A stretch of DNA of 64,000 nt from Pseudocitrobacter cyperus (GCF_039889165.1 NZ_JAYMYY010000008.1:82200-146199); one strand, 5' to 3'; counted from the stretch's first letter, positions 24,713 to 36,230 are shown. Numbers and translations are program-made. The notes: generated by a model from the sequence alone, not told the origin.

Positions 24713-25603
24713 ATGGCTATGGTACAACCGAAATCTCAGAAACTGCGCTTGTTTACAACGCACCTGTTACTCCTGATCTTCATCGCGGCAATCATGTTCC
24801 CGCTGCTGATGGTTATCGCCATTTCACTGCGCGAAGGTAACTTCGCCACCGGGAGCCTGATCCCGGAAAAAATCTCCTGGGAGCACTGGCGGCTGGCGCT
24901 GGGTTTCAGCGTAGAACACGCTGATGGCCGCGTCACGCCGCCCCCCTTCCCGGTTCTGCTGTGGTTGTGGAACTCGGTGAAAATTGCGGGCATCACTGCG
25001 ATTGGCATCGTCACCCTCTCCACGACCTGTGCTTACGCCTTTGCGCGTATGCGTTTCCCGGGCAAAGCGACGCTGCTGAAAGGGATGCTGATTTTCCAGA
25101 TGTTCCCGGCGGTGCTGTCTCTGGTGGCGTTGTATGCGTTGTTTGACCGCCTCGGCCAGTACATTCCGTTTATCGGGCTGAACACCCACGGCGGCGTGAT
25201 CTTCGCTTACTTAGGCGGTATCGCCCTGCACGTCTGGACGATTAAAGGCTACTTCGAAACCATCGATAACTCGCTGGAAGAAGCGGCGGCACTGGATGGC
25301 GCGACTCCGTGGCAGGCCTTCCGCCTGGTGCTGCTGCCGCTCTCCGTACCGATTCTGGCGGTGGTGTTTATTCTGTCGTTTATCGCCGCGATTACCGAAG
25401 TGCCGGTTGCATCGCTGCTGCTGCGCGACGTGAACAGCTACACCCTGGCGGTTGGTATGCAGCAATATCTCAACCCGCAAAACTACCTGTGGGGCGACTT
25501 TGCCGCAGCAGCCGTACTTTCCGCCATCCCGATTACCGTCGTGTTCCTGCTGGCGCAGCGCTGGCTGGTTAATGGCCTGACGGCGGGCGGTGTGAAAGGT
25601 TAA
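24713..25603 (+). CDS. malG: maltose ABC transporter permease MalG
   Basis: 296 aa; matches E. coli MalG. Confidence 0.97.
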   Translation: MAMVQPKSQKLRLFTTHLLLLIFIAAIMFPLLMVIAISLREGNFATGSLIPEKISWEHWRLALGFSVEHADGRVTPPPFPVLLWLWNSVKIAGITAIGIVTLSTTCAYAFARMRFPGKATLLKGMLIFQMFPAVLSLVALYALFDRLGQYIPFIGLNTHGGVIFAYLGGIALHVWTIKGYFETIDNSLEEAAALDGATPWQAFRLVLLPLSVPILAVVFILSFIAAITEVPVASLLLRDVNSYTLAVGMQQYLNPQNYLWGDFAAAAVLSAIPITVVFLLAQRWLVNGLTAGGVKG

Positions 25604-25674
25604 GACCCTCGTTTTACCCTCCCGGAAACGGGAAAAGCCACTGCAATCCTCGATTTAACTTGTGACTGTTGTTT

Positions 25675-25701
25675 GGCGCTCCTCGGAGCGCCATTTTTTT
25701 G
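25675..25701 (+). terminator. rho-independent terminator of malEFG (GGCGCTCCTCGGAGCGCC + ATTTTTTT)
   Basis: Perfect hairpin plus T-tract. Confidence 0.8.
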
Positions 25702-25718
25702 AGCCTAATGGGATAGGT

Positions 25719-26129
25719 TTATTCGCGTTTCAGGCGTTTGGAGTTACACAGCCAGAGCGTGATCACCAGTAACAGGATCGCCCCGGAGTAGATCAACACG
25801 TCGAGCGGCGAGGTGTGATCGACAATGATCAGACGCACAATCGCGGTGATCCCGATATAGATAAAGTAGCGCAGCGGAAAGTGAAACCCGGACTGAAAGT
25901 ACTTCACAATCAAGGCAATAAATTCGAAATAAAGAAAGTAAACAACCAGTCCTTCCACCAGCTCATATTTACTGGTGCGCTCAGGCGCAAAGAGCACATC
26001 GGCTAAATGCAGCGTCTCTTTACCCAGAAAAATAACCAGAATCATACCAAGGCAGAGTAGCCCAAGGTTGAGGACAGTCTGTAAGACGGTCGAGATAAAC
26101 TCGACTCGGGGACGTGGGAGTGATGTCAT
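25719..26129 (-). CDS. psiE: phosphate-starvation-inducible protein PsiE (start [11 protein letters not shown])
   Basis: 136 aa membrane protein; matches E. coli PsiE. Confidence 0.9.
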   Translation of the reverse strand: MTSLPRPRVEFISTVLQTVLNLGLLCLGMILVIFLGKETLHLADVLFAPERTSKYELVEGLVVYFLYFEFIALIVKYFQSGFHFPLRYFIYIGITAIVRLIIVDHTSPLDVLIYSGAILLLVITLWLCNSKRLKRE

Positions 26130-26205
26130 GGCGGCATCTCCTGTGCAGGCTGAGCCTCTTGTATAACGCAAAAATGTGATCCAGATCTACATTTTTTACA
26201 TCAGC

Positions 26206-26240
26206 AGTGCCGGATGGCGGCTACGCCTTATCCGGCACAC
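26206..26240. repeat. REP element (GTGCCGGATGGCGGCTACGCCTTATCCGGCAC)
   Basis: Canonical enterobacterial REP/PU consensus between psiE and yjbH. Confidence 0.75.
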
Positions 26241-26251
26241 AGACAGCACAG

Positions 26252-28348
26252 TTACCGGAAATTCATGCTTTTATCGCTGGTGATCCCATACAAATCAAAC
26301 TTGCGGCCCAGTTTCTGACCGCCGTCACGGGTCAACGGTACCCAGTTCACCGCCGCACGGCTGCGCGTCGCGCCGGATGAGAAGAGATCCAGCGGCACCG
26401 AAACGTACACGCCTTTGGTGAACTCCCCTTCCCCGTACTCATCGCCGGAAACGTTGGTGATGGTGGCATACCCTCCCACCACAACACCGCTGTCAAAGTG
26501 TTTGGAGATATCGAGCGTACCGCCCTTATCGCCCGCCAGATATTGCCCCACGCTGGCTTTGACCAGCACGTCCTGAGCAAACGGCGGCGTCCAGTAAGCG
26601 GTGAGATGCCCGGTTTTCACGCTGTAGTCGGTGAATTTCATCATGTCCTGCGCGCTGCGCCAGTCACGCTGCTTCACGTAGTTAGCGTCAATACCCACCG
26701 CCCAGTTACTGTCTACCGGGCGATACAGCGCCTCGACGCCCGCCCCGCCGAACATGGTTTCCAGATAGCCGCCGTACACCTGGCCGTAGAAATTATTCCC
26801 CAGATACTGGAAATAGTTGGCCTGCAGGTTGTTTACATAGACATCGTTTTCAACGTATTCACGCACGTGAGTACGCACGCGCGGCAGTTTCGAGTCGCTC
26901 GGCGGGTTAGTGTAGTTAAACTTGTCATAGTTGTTGGCGATGTTGGCAAACAGGCTACCGCTGGTCAGCAGGTGGTCAGTGACCCACCAGTCCGCCGTGC
27001 CCATCACGCCCAACTGGTACATGTAGAAACTTTCCGGGCCGCCGACGGACTGGCTGAGTACCGGGTCGATATGGAAATCGAAGCTCGATTTGTCGATGTA
27101 CCAGCCCTGTTCGGTGCTTTCCGGCACAATCGGCGTGACGCGCTTCTGCTCCAGCGGCGTTTCGTGGCCGAGCGGCTCACCTTCCAGATGACGTTGCAGG
27201 CTGGCGACATTGGTTTCTGTCGTCACCTGCGGCATGTTAAGGCGATTTTCAGTGATGCGAATGGTGCGAATGCCCTCTGGCAAATCATTCATGATGATGC
27301 GATTCGCCCGCTCGATACCCTCACGCGAGTCACGGTATTTCACCTGTTCCCCGGTAACGTAAAGCGTATCGCCTTTGGTCTGGATATTCGGATCAGCAAA
27401 ACCGGCGTTGTATTTCAGTAATGTAAGCTGATTCGCCACCACCGAATGTTGCAGAATCTCGTCCTGCGGCTGTGGGCGGTATTTTGGCCGCGCGTTGTCG
27501 TTATAAGACGGGCGCAGATCGTTAAAGTTAGTGCGCAGGGTGAAGCCGAACATAACGGTATTACCGCGCTCATAGCTCAGGTTAACGTCGGCCCAATCCG
27601 CGACGCGATAAATAGCGCCGACGTTAAACTTGCTCTTCTGATCCAGTTTTCCGGCAAAATCTTCCTGATAGTTATTGCCTTCATACTCCAGTTTCAGACG
27701 CAGCGGCTGCCAGGGCGTTTGATACTCCACCCCGCCAAAGAATGCCGCCGGGCCCCGGAACATCTGACTGCTGTCCATCGAACCCGCCTGGCGATAGCTA
27801 TTATCGCGATGACAGTATTTGTCACTGTAAGAACAAAACGGGTTAGTGGCGTTACCGCTGGTGCCAAGATAGCCCCAGCCCAGGCCGAGGGAGAAATCGA
27901 ACGGCCCCCAGGCTTTGTTGGCGACAATATATTCGGAATCGAACAGACCCGTCCCGCCGATATCGCGCGCGCCAACAGACACCTGCGGCATCCAGTAGCT
28001 CTCTTCCCACAGGCGCAGCTTCAGATCGAAGGCTTTATCTTTATAGGTCTGATCGCCGGAGAAAGAGTCCACGCTGCTGTACTGTTTAGTACGTACATCC
28101 GTATAACGCAGCGTCGTTTCCAGCCACGGGAACAACTGTACGGAGGCGGAGTAGTAGCGATACTGATCGTTATCCCGATAGTTGAGGCTGATCTCCCCTT
28201 CACGCGCCATACGTGCCGTGGGCGTTTGCAGCAGGCCGACGCCACCAAAATCAGACTGTGAAGGGCCAACAGGCGCCGGATACGTTTCGGCGTGGCACGC
28301 GGCGCTTACGCCCAGCGCCAGCAGGCTATAAAGGTATTTTTTTTTCAT
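26252..28348 (-). CDS. yjbH: YjbH, outer-membrane GfcD-family protein of the yjbEFGH exopolysaccharide operon
   Basis: 698 aa with signal peptide; matches E. coli YjbH; start overlaps yjbG stop (TAATG). Confidence 0.9.
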   Translation of the reverse strand: MKKKYLYSLLALGVSAACHAETYPAPVGPSQSDFGGVGLLQTPTARMAREGEISLNYRDNDQYRYYSASVQLFPWLETTLRYTDVRTKQYSSVDSFSGDQTYKDKAFDLKLRLWEESYWMPQVSVGARDIGGTGLFDSEYIVANKAWGPFDFSLGLGWGYLGTSGNATNPFCSYSDKYCHRDNSYRQAGSMDSSQMFRGPAAFFGGVEYQTPWQPLRLKLEYEGNNYQEDFAGKLDQKSKFNVGAIYRVADWADVNLSYERGNTVMFGFTLRTNFNDLRPSYNDNARPKYRPQPQDEILQHSVVANQLTLLKYNAGFADPNIQTKGDTLYVTGEQVKYRDSREGIERANRIIMNDLPEGIRTIRITENRLNMPQVTTETNVASLQRHLEGEPLGHETPLEQKRVTPIVPESTEQGWYIDKSSFDFHIDPVLSQSVGGPESFYMYQLGVMGTADWWVTDHLLTSGSLFANIANNYDKFNYTNPPSDSKLPRVRTHVREYVENDVYVNNLQANYFQYLGNNFYGQVYGGYLETMFGGAGVEALYRPVDSNWAVGIDANYVKQRDWRSAQDMMKFTDYSVKTGHLTAYWTPPFAQDVLVKASVGQYLAGDKGGTLDISKHFDSGVVVGGYATITNVSGDEYGEGEFTKGVYVSVPLDLFSSGATRSRAAVNWVPLTRDGGQKLGRKFDLYGITSDKSMNFR

Positions 28349-29085
28349 TAATCAGGTATCCGCTGCGACAGGGAGCGAAGAATGGCGACATTCAGTTCAT
28401 CGTATTTCTTCGTCCACAGTGAATCGGCAAAGCCAACAAACACGATGCTGCCGGGCATCGGCTCAATGTGACGTCGGTTCCAGTAGGCGATGGGCGCTTT
28501 CAGCGTGCGTCCATCCGGGTAGATAACCCACGCGTAGCTGCGTTCGCCGCCGCTTAACCGGTCGATATCTTTGAGGTAGCCTGCGACGTCACGTCCCGGT
28601 GTGAAAGCCACTTTTCCAGGACGATTGATCAGACCAAAGAGCGTGATAGTGGAGGGTTCATGACCCACCCACAGGCTATATTTTCCCTGTAGCGGCGGTT
28701 TTTTCCCTTCCCCGATACGGACTTCATCCGGATCCAGCGAGACAAATTGCCGACCCGTCACCTTGATGCCCTGAAGTTGCTGGCGAAGGGCATTGATTGC
28801 GGCAGCGTCCGCCCCGCTCGCCTCCATCGCCGCGCGGCTTAGCGCTGCGAGTAATGCCATGTGCTGTTGCTCAGCGACCGTGCTGGCCTGTTGTTCGGCA
28901 ATCACCGCGCCACGCCACCAGCTTCCGGCTAATCTCGGCTGAGCGACGAGATCGGCCAGGTGAGCGGCATTGGTCAGGGTTATTGTTTTAGCGTCCCCCG
29001 CACGATGAACATCTACGGTACCTGCTGCTAAAGCGCCACCAGAAATGGCGCATAAAAGTCCTGCGATCAGGGTGATTTTTTTCAT
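28348..29085 (-). CDS. yjbG: YjbG (GfcC-family periplasmic protein)
   Basis: 245 aa with signal peptide; 4-nt overlap with yjbF. Confidence 0.88.
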   Translation of the reverse strand: MKKITLIAGLLCAISGGALAAGTVDVHRAGDAKTITLTNAAHLADLVAQPRLAGSWWRGAVIAEQQASTVAEQQHMALLAALSRAAMEASGADAAAINALRQQLQGIKVTGRQFVSLDPDEVRIGEGKKPPLQGKYSLWVGHEPSTITLFGLINRPGKVAFTPGRDVAGYLKDIDRLSGGERSYAWVIYPDGRTLKAPIAYWNRRHIEPMPGSIVFVGFADSLWTKKYDELNVAILRSLSQRIPD

Positions 29086-29750
29086 TGTTTTGCTGCCTTG
29101 ATCAGGGTCGTTTTCACCGGGAAATAGCCCGCCCCAAGGTATTGTTCTGATTGACGGATCTGGCCTTCGCTGTCTACCCAGAAGCGGTTGCGCCAGCTTG
29201 TCTGGTCGGTGACGACCTCTTCTTCCAGCACACGAACTGGCGTGTCGCTTCCGGCTAAGGTGAGCGTTTCACTTTCCCCCCAGCGGAAGGTGGATCGCGC
29301 AGTGGCGTAGCGCACCTGTCGGTGTTCAGTCCAGCCCATGGTGCGCGTCCAGACTGCGCCATCAACCACCTGGTTAGGTTTGGCTAATGGGTCACTGGCG
29401 AGATTATTGACCTCCAGCAGGTTGTCGCCCGCCAGTTGCGTCTTCACGATGCGCCCATGCTGAGTCACCAGCGTGGCCTGATCCTGCGTTACCCACTTAT
29501 GCTGACCGTTTTCCGAGTAAGCCAGCGCGACAAATATCTGCGGGCCGTTATTAAGCTGAACGTACTGGCTGGCGTAGGGCATGTTCTGGATATCGTCGGC
29601 GGTGAGCTGCACGCCAGGCGTACCGAACAGACTGTCCCATAACGATTTTCCCAGCCCTTTAGTGCTGGCTGAACACGCCTGAAGCAGCAGGCAAAGAGTG
29701 ATAATGGCAAGTCGCTTCACGACGCTTCTCCGAAGGGGCAAAATAACCAC
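29082..29750 (-). CDS. yjbF: YjbF lipoprotein (GfcB family)
   Basis: Lipobox LLQAC; operon context. Confidence 0.85.
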   Translation of the reverse strand: MVILPLRRSVVKRLAIITLCLLLQACSASTKGLGKSLWDSLFGTPGVQLTADDIQNMPYASQYVQLNNGPQIFVALAYSENGQHKWVTQDQATLVTQHGRIVKTQLAGDNLLEVNNLASDPLAKPNQVVDGAVWTRTMGWTEHRQVRYATARSTFRWGESETLTLAGSDTPVRVLEEEVVTDQTSWRNRFWVDSEGQIRQSEQYLGAGYFPVKTTLIKAAKQ

Positions 29751-29784
29751 ACCGAAGTGTGGTTATGGGTAAACGCACCCGTTA

Positions 29785-30027
29785 TTACTGGGTACTGGTT
29801 GTTGTGGTGGTCGTGGTTCCGGTATTGGAGCCATCACCGCCACCTGTCGCTGCCAGCGCAACCCCCACCGCGGAACTCACGGTGCTGGCGCTGGTCGCGG
29901 TAGAACTCCCCGCGGAGACAGACGTCGCTGCAGAACCTGCCGCATCGCCGGTTTCAACCGGTGCTGCTGACGCGGAAGCCGCCGCAAACGCAGATATGGC
30001 AAAAATGCCATAAAGGATTTTTTTCAT
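29785..30027 (-). CDS. yjbE: YjbE, Ser/Thr/Gly-rich secreted protein (GfcA-like)
   Basis: 80 aa; near-identical to E. coli YjbE, including the [11 protein letters not shown]-terminus. Confidence 0.9.
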   Translation of the reverse strand: MKKILYGIFAISAFAAASASAAPVETGDAAGSAATSVSAGSSTATSASTVSSAVGVALAATGGGDGSNTGTTTTTTTSTQ

Positions 30028-30049
30028 AACAATTTCCCTTCATTGAATG

Positions 30050-30350
30050 AATGGAGGTACATACCCTGAAAATTTCGGGCTGCAGAGTGAAAGTCAGCAT
30101 GAAATAGATGCGTGGCTAACGCACATACAACCTGAAAATAAGCGGGCATACCTGAAATATTCAGGCGTCATCGAGTATACACAACTCAAACAATGGAATT
30201 AGCGTTGCGAAGATGTGGCGGAGGATTTTAAGAAAATGAGAAAAAAGAAAAAGATAAATATATTTTATTAATTATAAATTATTTTAAATCAGCTAGTTAT
30301 GTGATCAATAAAATTTCACGACCTGCGTATTATCTTAAAATAAGACCTTA
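30050..30350. promoter_or_regulatory. AT-rich yjbE control region: three direct CATAC(C/A)-CCTGAAAAT repeats, a perfect palindrome CCTGAAATATTCAGG (about 30150-30164) and a TCTTAAAATAAGA palindrome (about 30333-30345)
   Basis: Repeats read directly from sequence; yjbEFGH is Rcs-regulated in E. coli; site assignment is inference. Confidence 0.4.
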
Positions 30351-30432
30351 TTTAATTAAAGGAATTACATGTTTTAGGATTATACTCATCATTAATTTCC
30401 GGCGAAGATCACGGACAAGAGGATTTATCCGA

Positions 30433-30461
30433 TAAAAAAATGCCGGCTATTAAGCCGGCAT
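30433..30461 (-). terminator. rho-independent terminator of pgi (TGCCGGCTTAATAGCCGGCA + TTTTTTTA), bidirectional
   Basis: Perfect hairpin flanked by an A-tract on the plus strand and a T-tract on the minus strand. Confidence 0.8.
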
Positions 30462-30478
30462 TTTCAGATTAAGATGAC

Positions 30479-32128
30479 TTATGCGCGCCAGGATTTATAA
30501 CGGTTAATCAGGCCGTTAGTCGAGCTATCGTGGCTGCTAATTTCGCTACCATCTTTCAGTTCCGGCAGAATACGGTTTGCCAGTTGTTTACCCAACTCGA
30601 CGCCCCACTGATCGAACGTGAAGATGTTGAGGATTGCGCCCTGAGTAAAGATTTTGTGCTCATACAGCGCAATTAACGCACCCAGGCTAAACGGCGTGAT
30701 TTCGCGCAGCAGGATGGAGTTCGTTGGGCGGTTGCCTTCGAACACTTTGAATGGCACCACGTGATCAAGCTGAGACGGGTCTTTACCCTGATCGCGATAC
30801 TCCTGCTCAACCACCTCGCGGGATTTACCAAACGCCAGCGCTTCCGTCTGTGCGAAGAAGTTAGACAGCAGCTTCTGATGGTGATCGGAAAGCGGGTTGT
30901 GAGTAATCGCCGGTGCGATAAAGTCGCAAGGCACCATCTTCGTGCCCTGGTGAATCAACTGGTAGAACGCATGCTGGCCGTTGGTGCCCGGTTCGCCCCA
31001 GATGATTGGGCCGGTCTGGTGCGCCACTTTGTTGCCGTTGCGATCAACATACTTACCGTTGGACTCCATGTTGCCCTGCTGGAAGTACGCGGCAAAACGG
31101 TGCATATACTGGTCGTAAGGCAGAATCGCTTCTGTTTCCGCACCGAAGAAGTTGTTGTACCAGATGCCAATCAGCGCCAGCAGAACCGGCAGGTTTTTCT
31201 CGGCAGGCGTGGTGGAGAAATGTTTGTCCATCGCATGCGCGCCGGAGAGCAGCTCAACGAAGTTGTCGAAGCCCACGGACAGGATAATAGACAGACCGAT
31301 AGCAGACCACAGCGAGTAACGACCGCCGACCCAGTCCCAGAACTCAAACATGTTGGCGGTATCGATACCAAACTCACCGACGGCTTTGGCGTTGGTCGAA
31401 AGCGCGGCGAAGTGTTTCGCAACGTGTTTCTGATCGCCCGCGGTCGCCAGGAACCAGTCGCGCGCGCTGTGGGCGTTGGTCATGGTTTCCTGGGTAGTGA
31501 AGGTTTTCGATGCCACCAGGAACAGGGTGGTTTCCGGGTTAACGGTTTTCAGCACTTCCGCGATGTGGGTGCCATCGACGTTAGAGACAAAGTGCATGTT
31601 GAGATGGTTTTTGTACGGGCGCAGTGCTTCAGTCACCATGAACGGGCCGAGGTCAGAACCACCGATACCGATGTTCACCACGTCGGTAATTGCCTTACCG
31701 GTATAGCCTTTCCAGTTACCGGAGATAATCGCTTCGGAGAAAGCTTTCATCTTATCCAGCACGGCGTTCACTTCCGGCATCACATCTTTGCCGTCAACGA
31801 TAATCGGGGTATTGCTGCGGTTACGCAGGGCAACGTGCAGCACAGCACGATCTTCAGTACGGTTGATCTTCTCACCGGAGAACATGGATTTAATGGCGCT
31901 GCTCAGATCGGTCTCTTTCGCCAGATCCTGCAACTTGCTCAGCGTCTCTTCCGTAATACGGTTTTTAGAGAAGTCCACCAGCATCAGATCGTCAAACGTC
32001 GCGGAAAATTTGCTGAAACGGTCACTATCTTTAGCAAACAGTTCAGCAATCGTGACATCTTTCATTTCATCGAAGTGTTTCTGTAGTGCCTGCCACGCAG
32101 CAGTCTGCGTTGGGTTGATGTTTTTCAT
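30479..32128 (-). CDS. pgi: glucose-6-phosphate isomerase (start [12 protein letters not shown])
   Basis: 549 aa; near-identical to E. coli Pgi; the ORF-table extension to 32299 is leader. Confidence 0.97.
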   Translation of the reverse strand: MKNINPTQTAAWQALQKHFDEMKDVTIAELFAKDSDRFSKFSATFDDLMLVDFSKNRITEETLSKLQDLAKETDLSSAIKSMFSGEKINRTEDRAVLHVALRNRSNTPIIVDGKDVMPEVNAVLDKMKAFSEAIISGNWKGYTGKAITDVVNIGIGGSDLGPFMVTEALRPYKNHLNMHFVSNVDGTHIAEVLKTVNPETTLFLVASKTFTTQETMTNAHSARDWFLATAGDQKHVAKHFAALSTNAKAVGEFGIDTANMFEFWDWVGGRYSLWSAIGLSIILSVGFDNFVELLSGAHAMDKHFSTTPAEKNLPVLLALIGIWYNNFFGAETEAILPYDQYMHRFAAYFQQGNMESNGKYVDRNGNKVAHQTGPIIWGEPGTNGQHAFYQLIHQGTKMVPCDFIAPAITHNPLSDHHQKLLSNFFAQTEALAFGKSREVVEQEYRDQGKDPSQLDHVVPFKVFEGNRPTNSILLREITPFSLGALIALYEHKIFTQGAILNIFTFDQWGVELGKQLANRILPELKDGSEISSHDSSTNGLINRYKSWRA

Positions 32129-32344
32129 TAGCAATACCCTTCTGATTTGAGAATCGTTACTGCCCTCGATTGTAGCGCCAGTTACAAAAATTTGTGATCG
32201 TTTTAGTGTTTCAGGGCTCAAAGAGGGAAAGAAGACGCAAAAAGTATAGCTGTCATAAGTGATTTTTCTGACACCCCTTTTTGCATGAAAAATCCGCATA
32301 ACCCCGGCGTTGACAGGGGTGGCATAAGCCTTTATTTATAAAGG

Positions 32345-32540
32345 CACTAGAAGAGGCGCGTTGCCCAGGTAAGGTACATGAGACACCGGTTCGATGACGG
32401 TATCCGAGGGGGAGCAACGCCGAGGTGGTGAAGAGTTCGGTAGCATTCACTATCGGCCGCAGGGGCTGAATCCCCTGGGTTGTCACCAGAAACGTTGGCA
32501 GTCCGGCGTTTCGCAAGGTGGAGCACTTCTGGGGAATCCG
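32345..32540 (+). ncRNA. lysine riboswitch (L-box) in the lysC 5' leader
   Basis: Conserved AGAAGAGGCGCGTTGCCC...GGGGCTGAATCCCCTGGGTTGTCACCAGAA...GAGCACTTCTGGG blocks as in E. coli lysC. Promoter TTGACA at about 32311. Confidence 0.8.
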
Positions 32541-32619
32541 TAGTTTCTGCGCCCCTGTATATCGCTCTTCCCTTGTGCCAAGGCTGAAAAATGGAACCCC
32601 TGACACGAGGCAGTACACA

Positions 32620-33969
32620 ATGACAGATTTTGTCGTCGCCAAATTTGGCGGCACCAGCGTAGCCGATTTTGATGCCATGAACCGCAGCGCGGACGTGGTT
32701 CTCTCCGATTCCCGCGTCCGTTTAGTGGTGCTCTCCGCCTCCGCAGGCGTCACCAACCTGCTGGTTGCGCTGGCCGAAGGCCTGGAAGCAACCGAGCGCT
32801 TCGCTAAACTTGATGCCATCCGTAATATTCAGTTCTCGATTCTGGAACGTCTGGCAAACCCGAACGTCATTCGCGAAGAAGTGGAACGCCTGCTGGAAAA
32901 TATCACCACGCTTGCGGAAGCGGCTTCTCTGGCCACCTCAACTGCGCTGACCGATGAACTGGTCAGCCACGGCGAGCTGATGTCCACCCTGTTGTTCGTA
33001 GAAGTGCTGCGTCAGCGCGATGTGCAGGCACAGTGGTTTGATGTGCGCAAAGTGATGCGCACCAGCGATCGCTTTGGCCGTGCCGAGCCCGACGTCGCCG
33101 CGCTGGCGGAACTGGCGACGCAGCAGCTTGCGCCGCGTCTTGCAGAAGGCATGGTCATCACCCAGGGGTTTATCGGTAGCGAAGCCAAAGGCCGCACCAC
33201 CACGCTTGGCCGTGGCGGCAGCGACTATACCGCCGCCCTGCTGGGCGAAGCGCTACATGCCACCCGTGTCGATATCTGGACGGATGTGCCGGGTATTTAC
33301 ACCACTGACCCGCGCGTCGTCCCCACGGCAAAACGCATTGATGAAATCGCCTTTGAAGAGGCCGCTGAAATGGCAACCTTCGGCGCGAAAGTGCTGCACC
33401 CGGCAACGCTGTTGCCTGCCGTGCGCAGCGATATTCCCGTCTTTGTCGGTTCCAGCAAAGATCCGCAGGCGGGCGGTACGCTGGTGTGCAATAAGACCCA
33501 GAACCCACCGCTGTTCCGCGCGCTGGCCCTGCGTCGTAAGCAGACGCTGGTCACGCTGCACAGCCTGAATATGCTGCACTCCCGCGGTTTCCTGGCGGAA
33601 GTTTTCGGCATTCTGGCGCGCCACAATATCTCCGTCGATTTAATCACCACCTCAGAAGTGAGCGTGGCGTTAACGCTGGATACCACCGGCTCAACCTCCA
33701 CCGGCGATACGCTGCTGACGCAGTCGCTGTTGATGGAGCTGTCCGAACTGTGCCGCGTGGAAGTAGAAGAGAACCTCGCGCTGGTGGCGCTGATTGGTAA
33801 CGACCTCTCCAAAGCCTGCGGCGTAGGGAAAGAAGTATTTGGAGTTATGGAGCCGTTCAACATTCGTATGATTTGCTACGGCGCATCCAGCCATAATCTT
33901 TGCTTCCTGGTGCCAGGTAGCGAAGCCGAACAGGTTGTGCAGAAGCTGCATCATAATTTGTTTGAATAA
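32620..33969 (+). CDS. lysC: lysine-sensitive aspartokinase III (start MTDFVVAKFGGTSV)
   Basis: 449 aa; near-identical to E. coli LysC except for N-terminal residues; ACT domains at the C-terminus. Confidence 0.97.
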   Translation: MTDFVVAKFGGTSVADFDAMNRSADVVLSDSRVRLVVLSASAGVTNLLVALAEGLEATERFAKLDAIRNIQFSILERLANPNVIREEVERLLENITTLAEAASLATSTALTDELVSHGELMSTLLFVEVLRQRDVQAQWFDVRKVMRTSDRFGRAEPDVAALAELATQQLAPRLAEGMVITQGFIGSEAKGRTTTLGRGGSDYTAALLGEALHATRVDIWTDVPGIYTTDPRVVPTAKRIDEIAFEEAAEMATFGAKVLHPATLLPAVRSDIPVFVGSSKDPQAGGTLVCNKTQNPPLFRALALRRKQTLVTLHSLNMLHSRGFLAEVFGILARHNISVDLITTSEVSVALTLDTTGSTSTGDTLLTQSLLMELSELCRVEVEENLALVALIGNDLSKACGVGKEVFGVMEPFNIRMICYGASSHNLCFLVPGSEAEQVVQKLHHNLFE

Positions 33970-33984
33970 ATTGGCACGGAATAA

Positions 33985-34013
33985 TGCCCGACAAGCAATA
34001 TCGCTGTCGGGCA
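33985..34013. terminator. hairpin GCCCGACAAGCAATATCGCTGTCGGGC between convergent lysC and the NTase gene
   Basis: 10-bp perfect stem; flanking T-tracts weak. Confidence 0.45.
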
Positions 34014-34019
34014 ATATGA

Positions 34020-34805
34020 TCACACCATCACCGTTTGATAAAGCAGTTTATCAAGCGCGCTGACATTTCCCGTTCGGGCATCTGGCAACGTAGGTGTCAC
34101 TTCGCCTCTCGCCAGTTCCGAGTGGATGAATGCATGCAACAACGGACGCCGCATGCCATATTCCGCTTCACCTGCGCGCATTTTACGCACCAACAATTCG
34201 TCTATCTCCCGACGCAATGCGGTCTCCAGATCGCTACCTGCCAATAGCTCGGCAAAACGCATCGGTGGAGCGCCTTTTCCTGCCTCAATCCAGCGAACTG
34301 CCAGCAGCGGACGCAGTACGTAGAAGTATTTTTTCAATCTGACTTCATCCCCCTGCAGATAACCACGAAAGTTTTTCCGCGCCATTGAGAGGTAGTGCCA
34401 GCGTGCGCGAAGCGGTGAGAACCAATGAGGGATCTGCTCTTTCAGCGCCGAAAATGTCACATCGTCCTGCCGATAAACGATTGGCGAATCCAGCCATTCG
34501 ATAAGCGTCGGGTTTGCCCCTTTTAGTAGACCAAGAGCCTTACGCCACTCCCAACCACAAACATCCAGCTCATCATCTATCGGCAGTTCGATCACATCTC
34601 GCTGGGGCTCAACCCGCAAATACCATTCCGGCGGGTGAACATATAAAAAGCGCACGTCGTAATCACTATCAGGCGAGGCGAATCCCCAGCCCCGGCTACC
34701 GAATTCACAGGCAAAAAGCACCCTTACATCATAACGGCGCTCCACCTCTTCGAGCTGTCGTAACACCCGCTCGCGCATCGCGCCGTTAACGCCGTTATTC
34801 ATCAT
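34020..34805 (-). CDS. Pol-beta-superfamily nucleotidyltransferase, RlaP-like (RNA-repair-associated NTase family; COG3541-like), 261 aa
   Basis: NTase signature FGSRGWGFASPDSDYDV (G[SG]...D.D) near the N-terminus; about 260 aa with no HEPN partner. Family assignment is from motif and size only. Confidence 0.5.
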   Translation of the reverse strand: MMNNGVNGAMRERVLRQLEEVERRYDVRVLFACEFGSRGWGFASPDSDYDVRFLYVHPPEWYLRVEPQRDVIELPIDDELDVCGWEWRKALGLLKGANPTLIEWLDSPIVYRQDDVTFSALKEQIPHWFSPLRARWHYLSMARKNFRGYLQGDEVRLKKYFYVLRPLLAVRWIEAGKGAPPMRFAELLAGSDLETALRREIDELLVRKMRAGEAEYGMRRPLLHAFIHSELARGEVTPTLPDARTGNVSALDKLLYQTVMV

Positions 34806-34810
34806 TTACT

Positions 34811-35938
34811 CTACCCTTTTATATTCACTAAACCGTGTAGCAGCTGGTCAAGACCGCCAAAGACCGAGATTTTATCGATACGCTCAGCCACCTTTTCTAA
34901 GGTCTCCATTTCCTTGAGCCGCAGCGCAACCGGGTTGTTTTCCATGACTTTGGCTGTGTTTAAAAGCGAACGCGTTGCAGCCGTCTCTTCACGTCGACGG
35001 ATAACGTTCGCCTGCGCCGATTTCTCCGCTTCAACGACCTTCGCCAGGATGGTTTTCATTTCGCCCGGCAGCACAATGTCCTTCACACCTAAAGACGCGA
35101 TTTCAATACCCAATGGCGCCATACGGGCTTTCACCTGTGCGCTCACCACCTGATCGATAACCTGCTTATCTTCCAGCAATTCATCGAGCGTGCGTGTTCC
35201 CACGGCTTCACGTAGCGCGAATTGCAGCTCGCGGTACAAGTGATCTATCGGTTTCGCCAGTTGTCCAAAAGCCTGTAAAACATCCTGATAACGCCAGTTA
35301 GCCGCCAGATTCAAACGAAGATTCACTTTGTCTTTGGTCAGAATCTCCTGCCCGCCCACTTCCAGAACCTGAAGTCGGGTATCGACCGCCTCGGCCTCCA
35401 CAAGGTGATTCACCTTCCACCAGGCACTCAATCCGGGTGACAGCAATGCCTGTGTTTCACCATCAACTTTTAAAACCCCCACATGCCATGCAGCGATAGA
35501 TACCGTGAGAATAATATCGCGCCCTTTTACCGCACCACTGCGTCGTGGCTGTAACACCGCGTTCATAACCTCCGCAGGGACCTGAACCTGCCGCGTATCC
35601 ATACGCATCACGTGCATCTCCTCAATAGGCTTCCAGTACAAACGACGAGTGGAAGGCGCGAGAATCTCTTGCAACACGCCATTGATATACAAGGCGCCTG
35701 CTTCAGAATCGGTTAAATCCGCGATCACGCAGTAACGTTCAACCCATTCTGGCTGATAGCGACGCAGCCAGTTCGCCAGTACTTCAGGCACTTCGCCACC
35801 GTCCAGGTTTACCACCAACACATCCGGCGTGGTGAACCAGGATAAACGATGTTCGCCTGCTTCCAGGACACTGTAGTAATCGCCATTTTTTGCCAGTAAT
35901 CCCAACTGACCTTTTCGTATTGTGATTTTCTTCGACAT
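34811..35938 (-). CDS. SPFH/band-7 (slipin-like) domain protein with an about 170-aa N-terminal domain of unknown function, 375 aa
   Basis: C-terminal 200 aa matches SPFH-domain hallmarks (...IEIASLGVKDIVLPGEMKTILAKVVEAEKSAQANVIRRREETAA...NPVALRLKEMETLEKVAE). No obvious TM segment. Separated by 5 nt from the NTase gene, so a likely operon. Confidence 0.65.
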   Translation of the reverse strand: MSKKITIRKGQLGLLAKNGDYYSVLEAGEHRLSWFTTPDVLVVNLDGGEVPEVLANWLRRYQPEWVERYCVIADLTDSEAGALYINGVLQEILAPSTRRLYWKPIEEMHVMRMDTRQVQVPAEVMNAVLQPRRSGAVKGRDIILTVSIAAWHVGVLKVDGETQALLSPGLSAWWKVNHLVEAEAVDTRLQVLEVGGQEILTKDKVNLRLNLAANWRYQDVLQAFGQLAKPIDHLYRELQFALREAVGTRTLDELLEDKQVIDQVVSAQVKARMAPLGIEIASLGVKDIVLPGEMKTILAKVVEAEKSAQANVIRRREETAATRSLLNTAKVMENNPVALRLKEMETLEKVAERIDKISVFGGLDQLLHGLVNIKG

Positions 35939-36230
35939 TTTCTGTTCCTTTTAAAAATCAGGTGCGAGTGCAGAGGCGAAGCGACAGGGGAACTCCCTTT
36001 TGCCTGCCGCACGGCATCATTACCGGCAGCCTGTTTTGCGAATTGCCACCTGCACAATCCACGGTTTTGTTCGGTGAATAACAACCAGTGTTCATTGAGT
36101 AAATGAATCGGGAATCGAACCCTTGCGTGTCATCGACTGAGACGGAACGCTCTCGGGAAAACAGCCTCAACTGCTCCTGGGGCGCCGGCGGGGTTTTAAT
36201 CCCCTGCATTTTCAGCATGTTGACCGATGA
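35939..36230 (-). other. about 290-nt structured 5' leader or candidate ncRNA transcribed from the sigma54 promoter
   Basis: Includes a GGGGATTAAAACCCC hairpin (about 36190-36204), a tRNA T-arm-like GGGTTCGATTCCC (about 36110-36122), TTCATT/AATGAA and CTGCCG/CGGCAG stems. The only ORF (86 aa, 35958-36218) lacks an SD and has odd composition. Confidence 0.3.

Noticed and set aside
32253-32819. 188-aa minus-strand ORF across the lysC leader and lysine riboswitch
   Set aside because: It is antisense to the conserved L-box RNA and the start of lysC. It is Ser/Thr/Arg-rich with no similarity, so it is a spurious frame.
35958-36218. 86-aa ORF inside the sigma54-driven leader
   Set aside because: No Shine-Dalgarno sequence and skewed composition. 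The interval is better explained as a structured 5' UTR or ncRNA (reported as a finding). Translation is not excluded.
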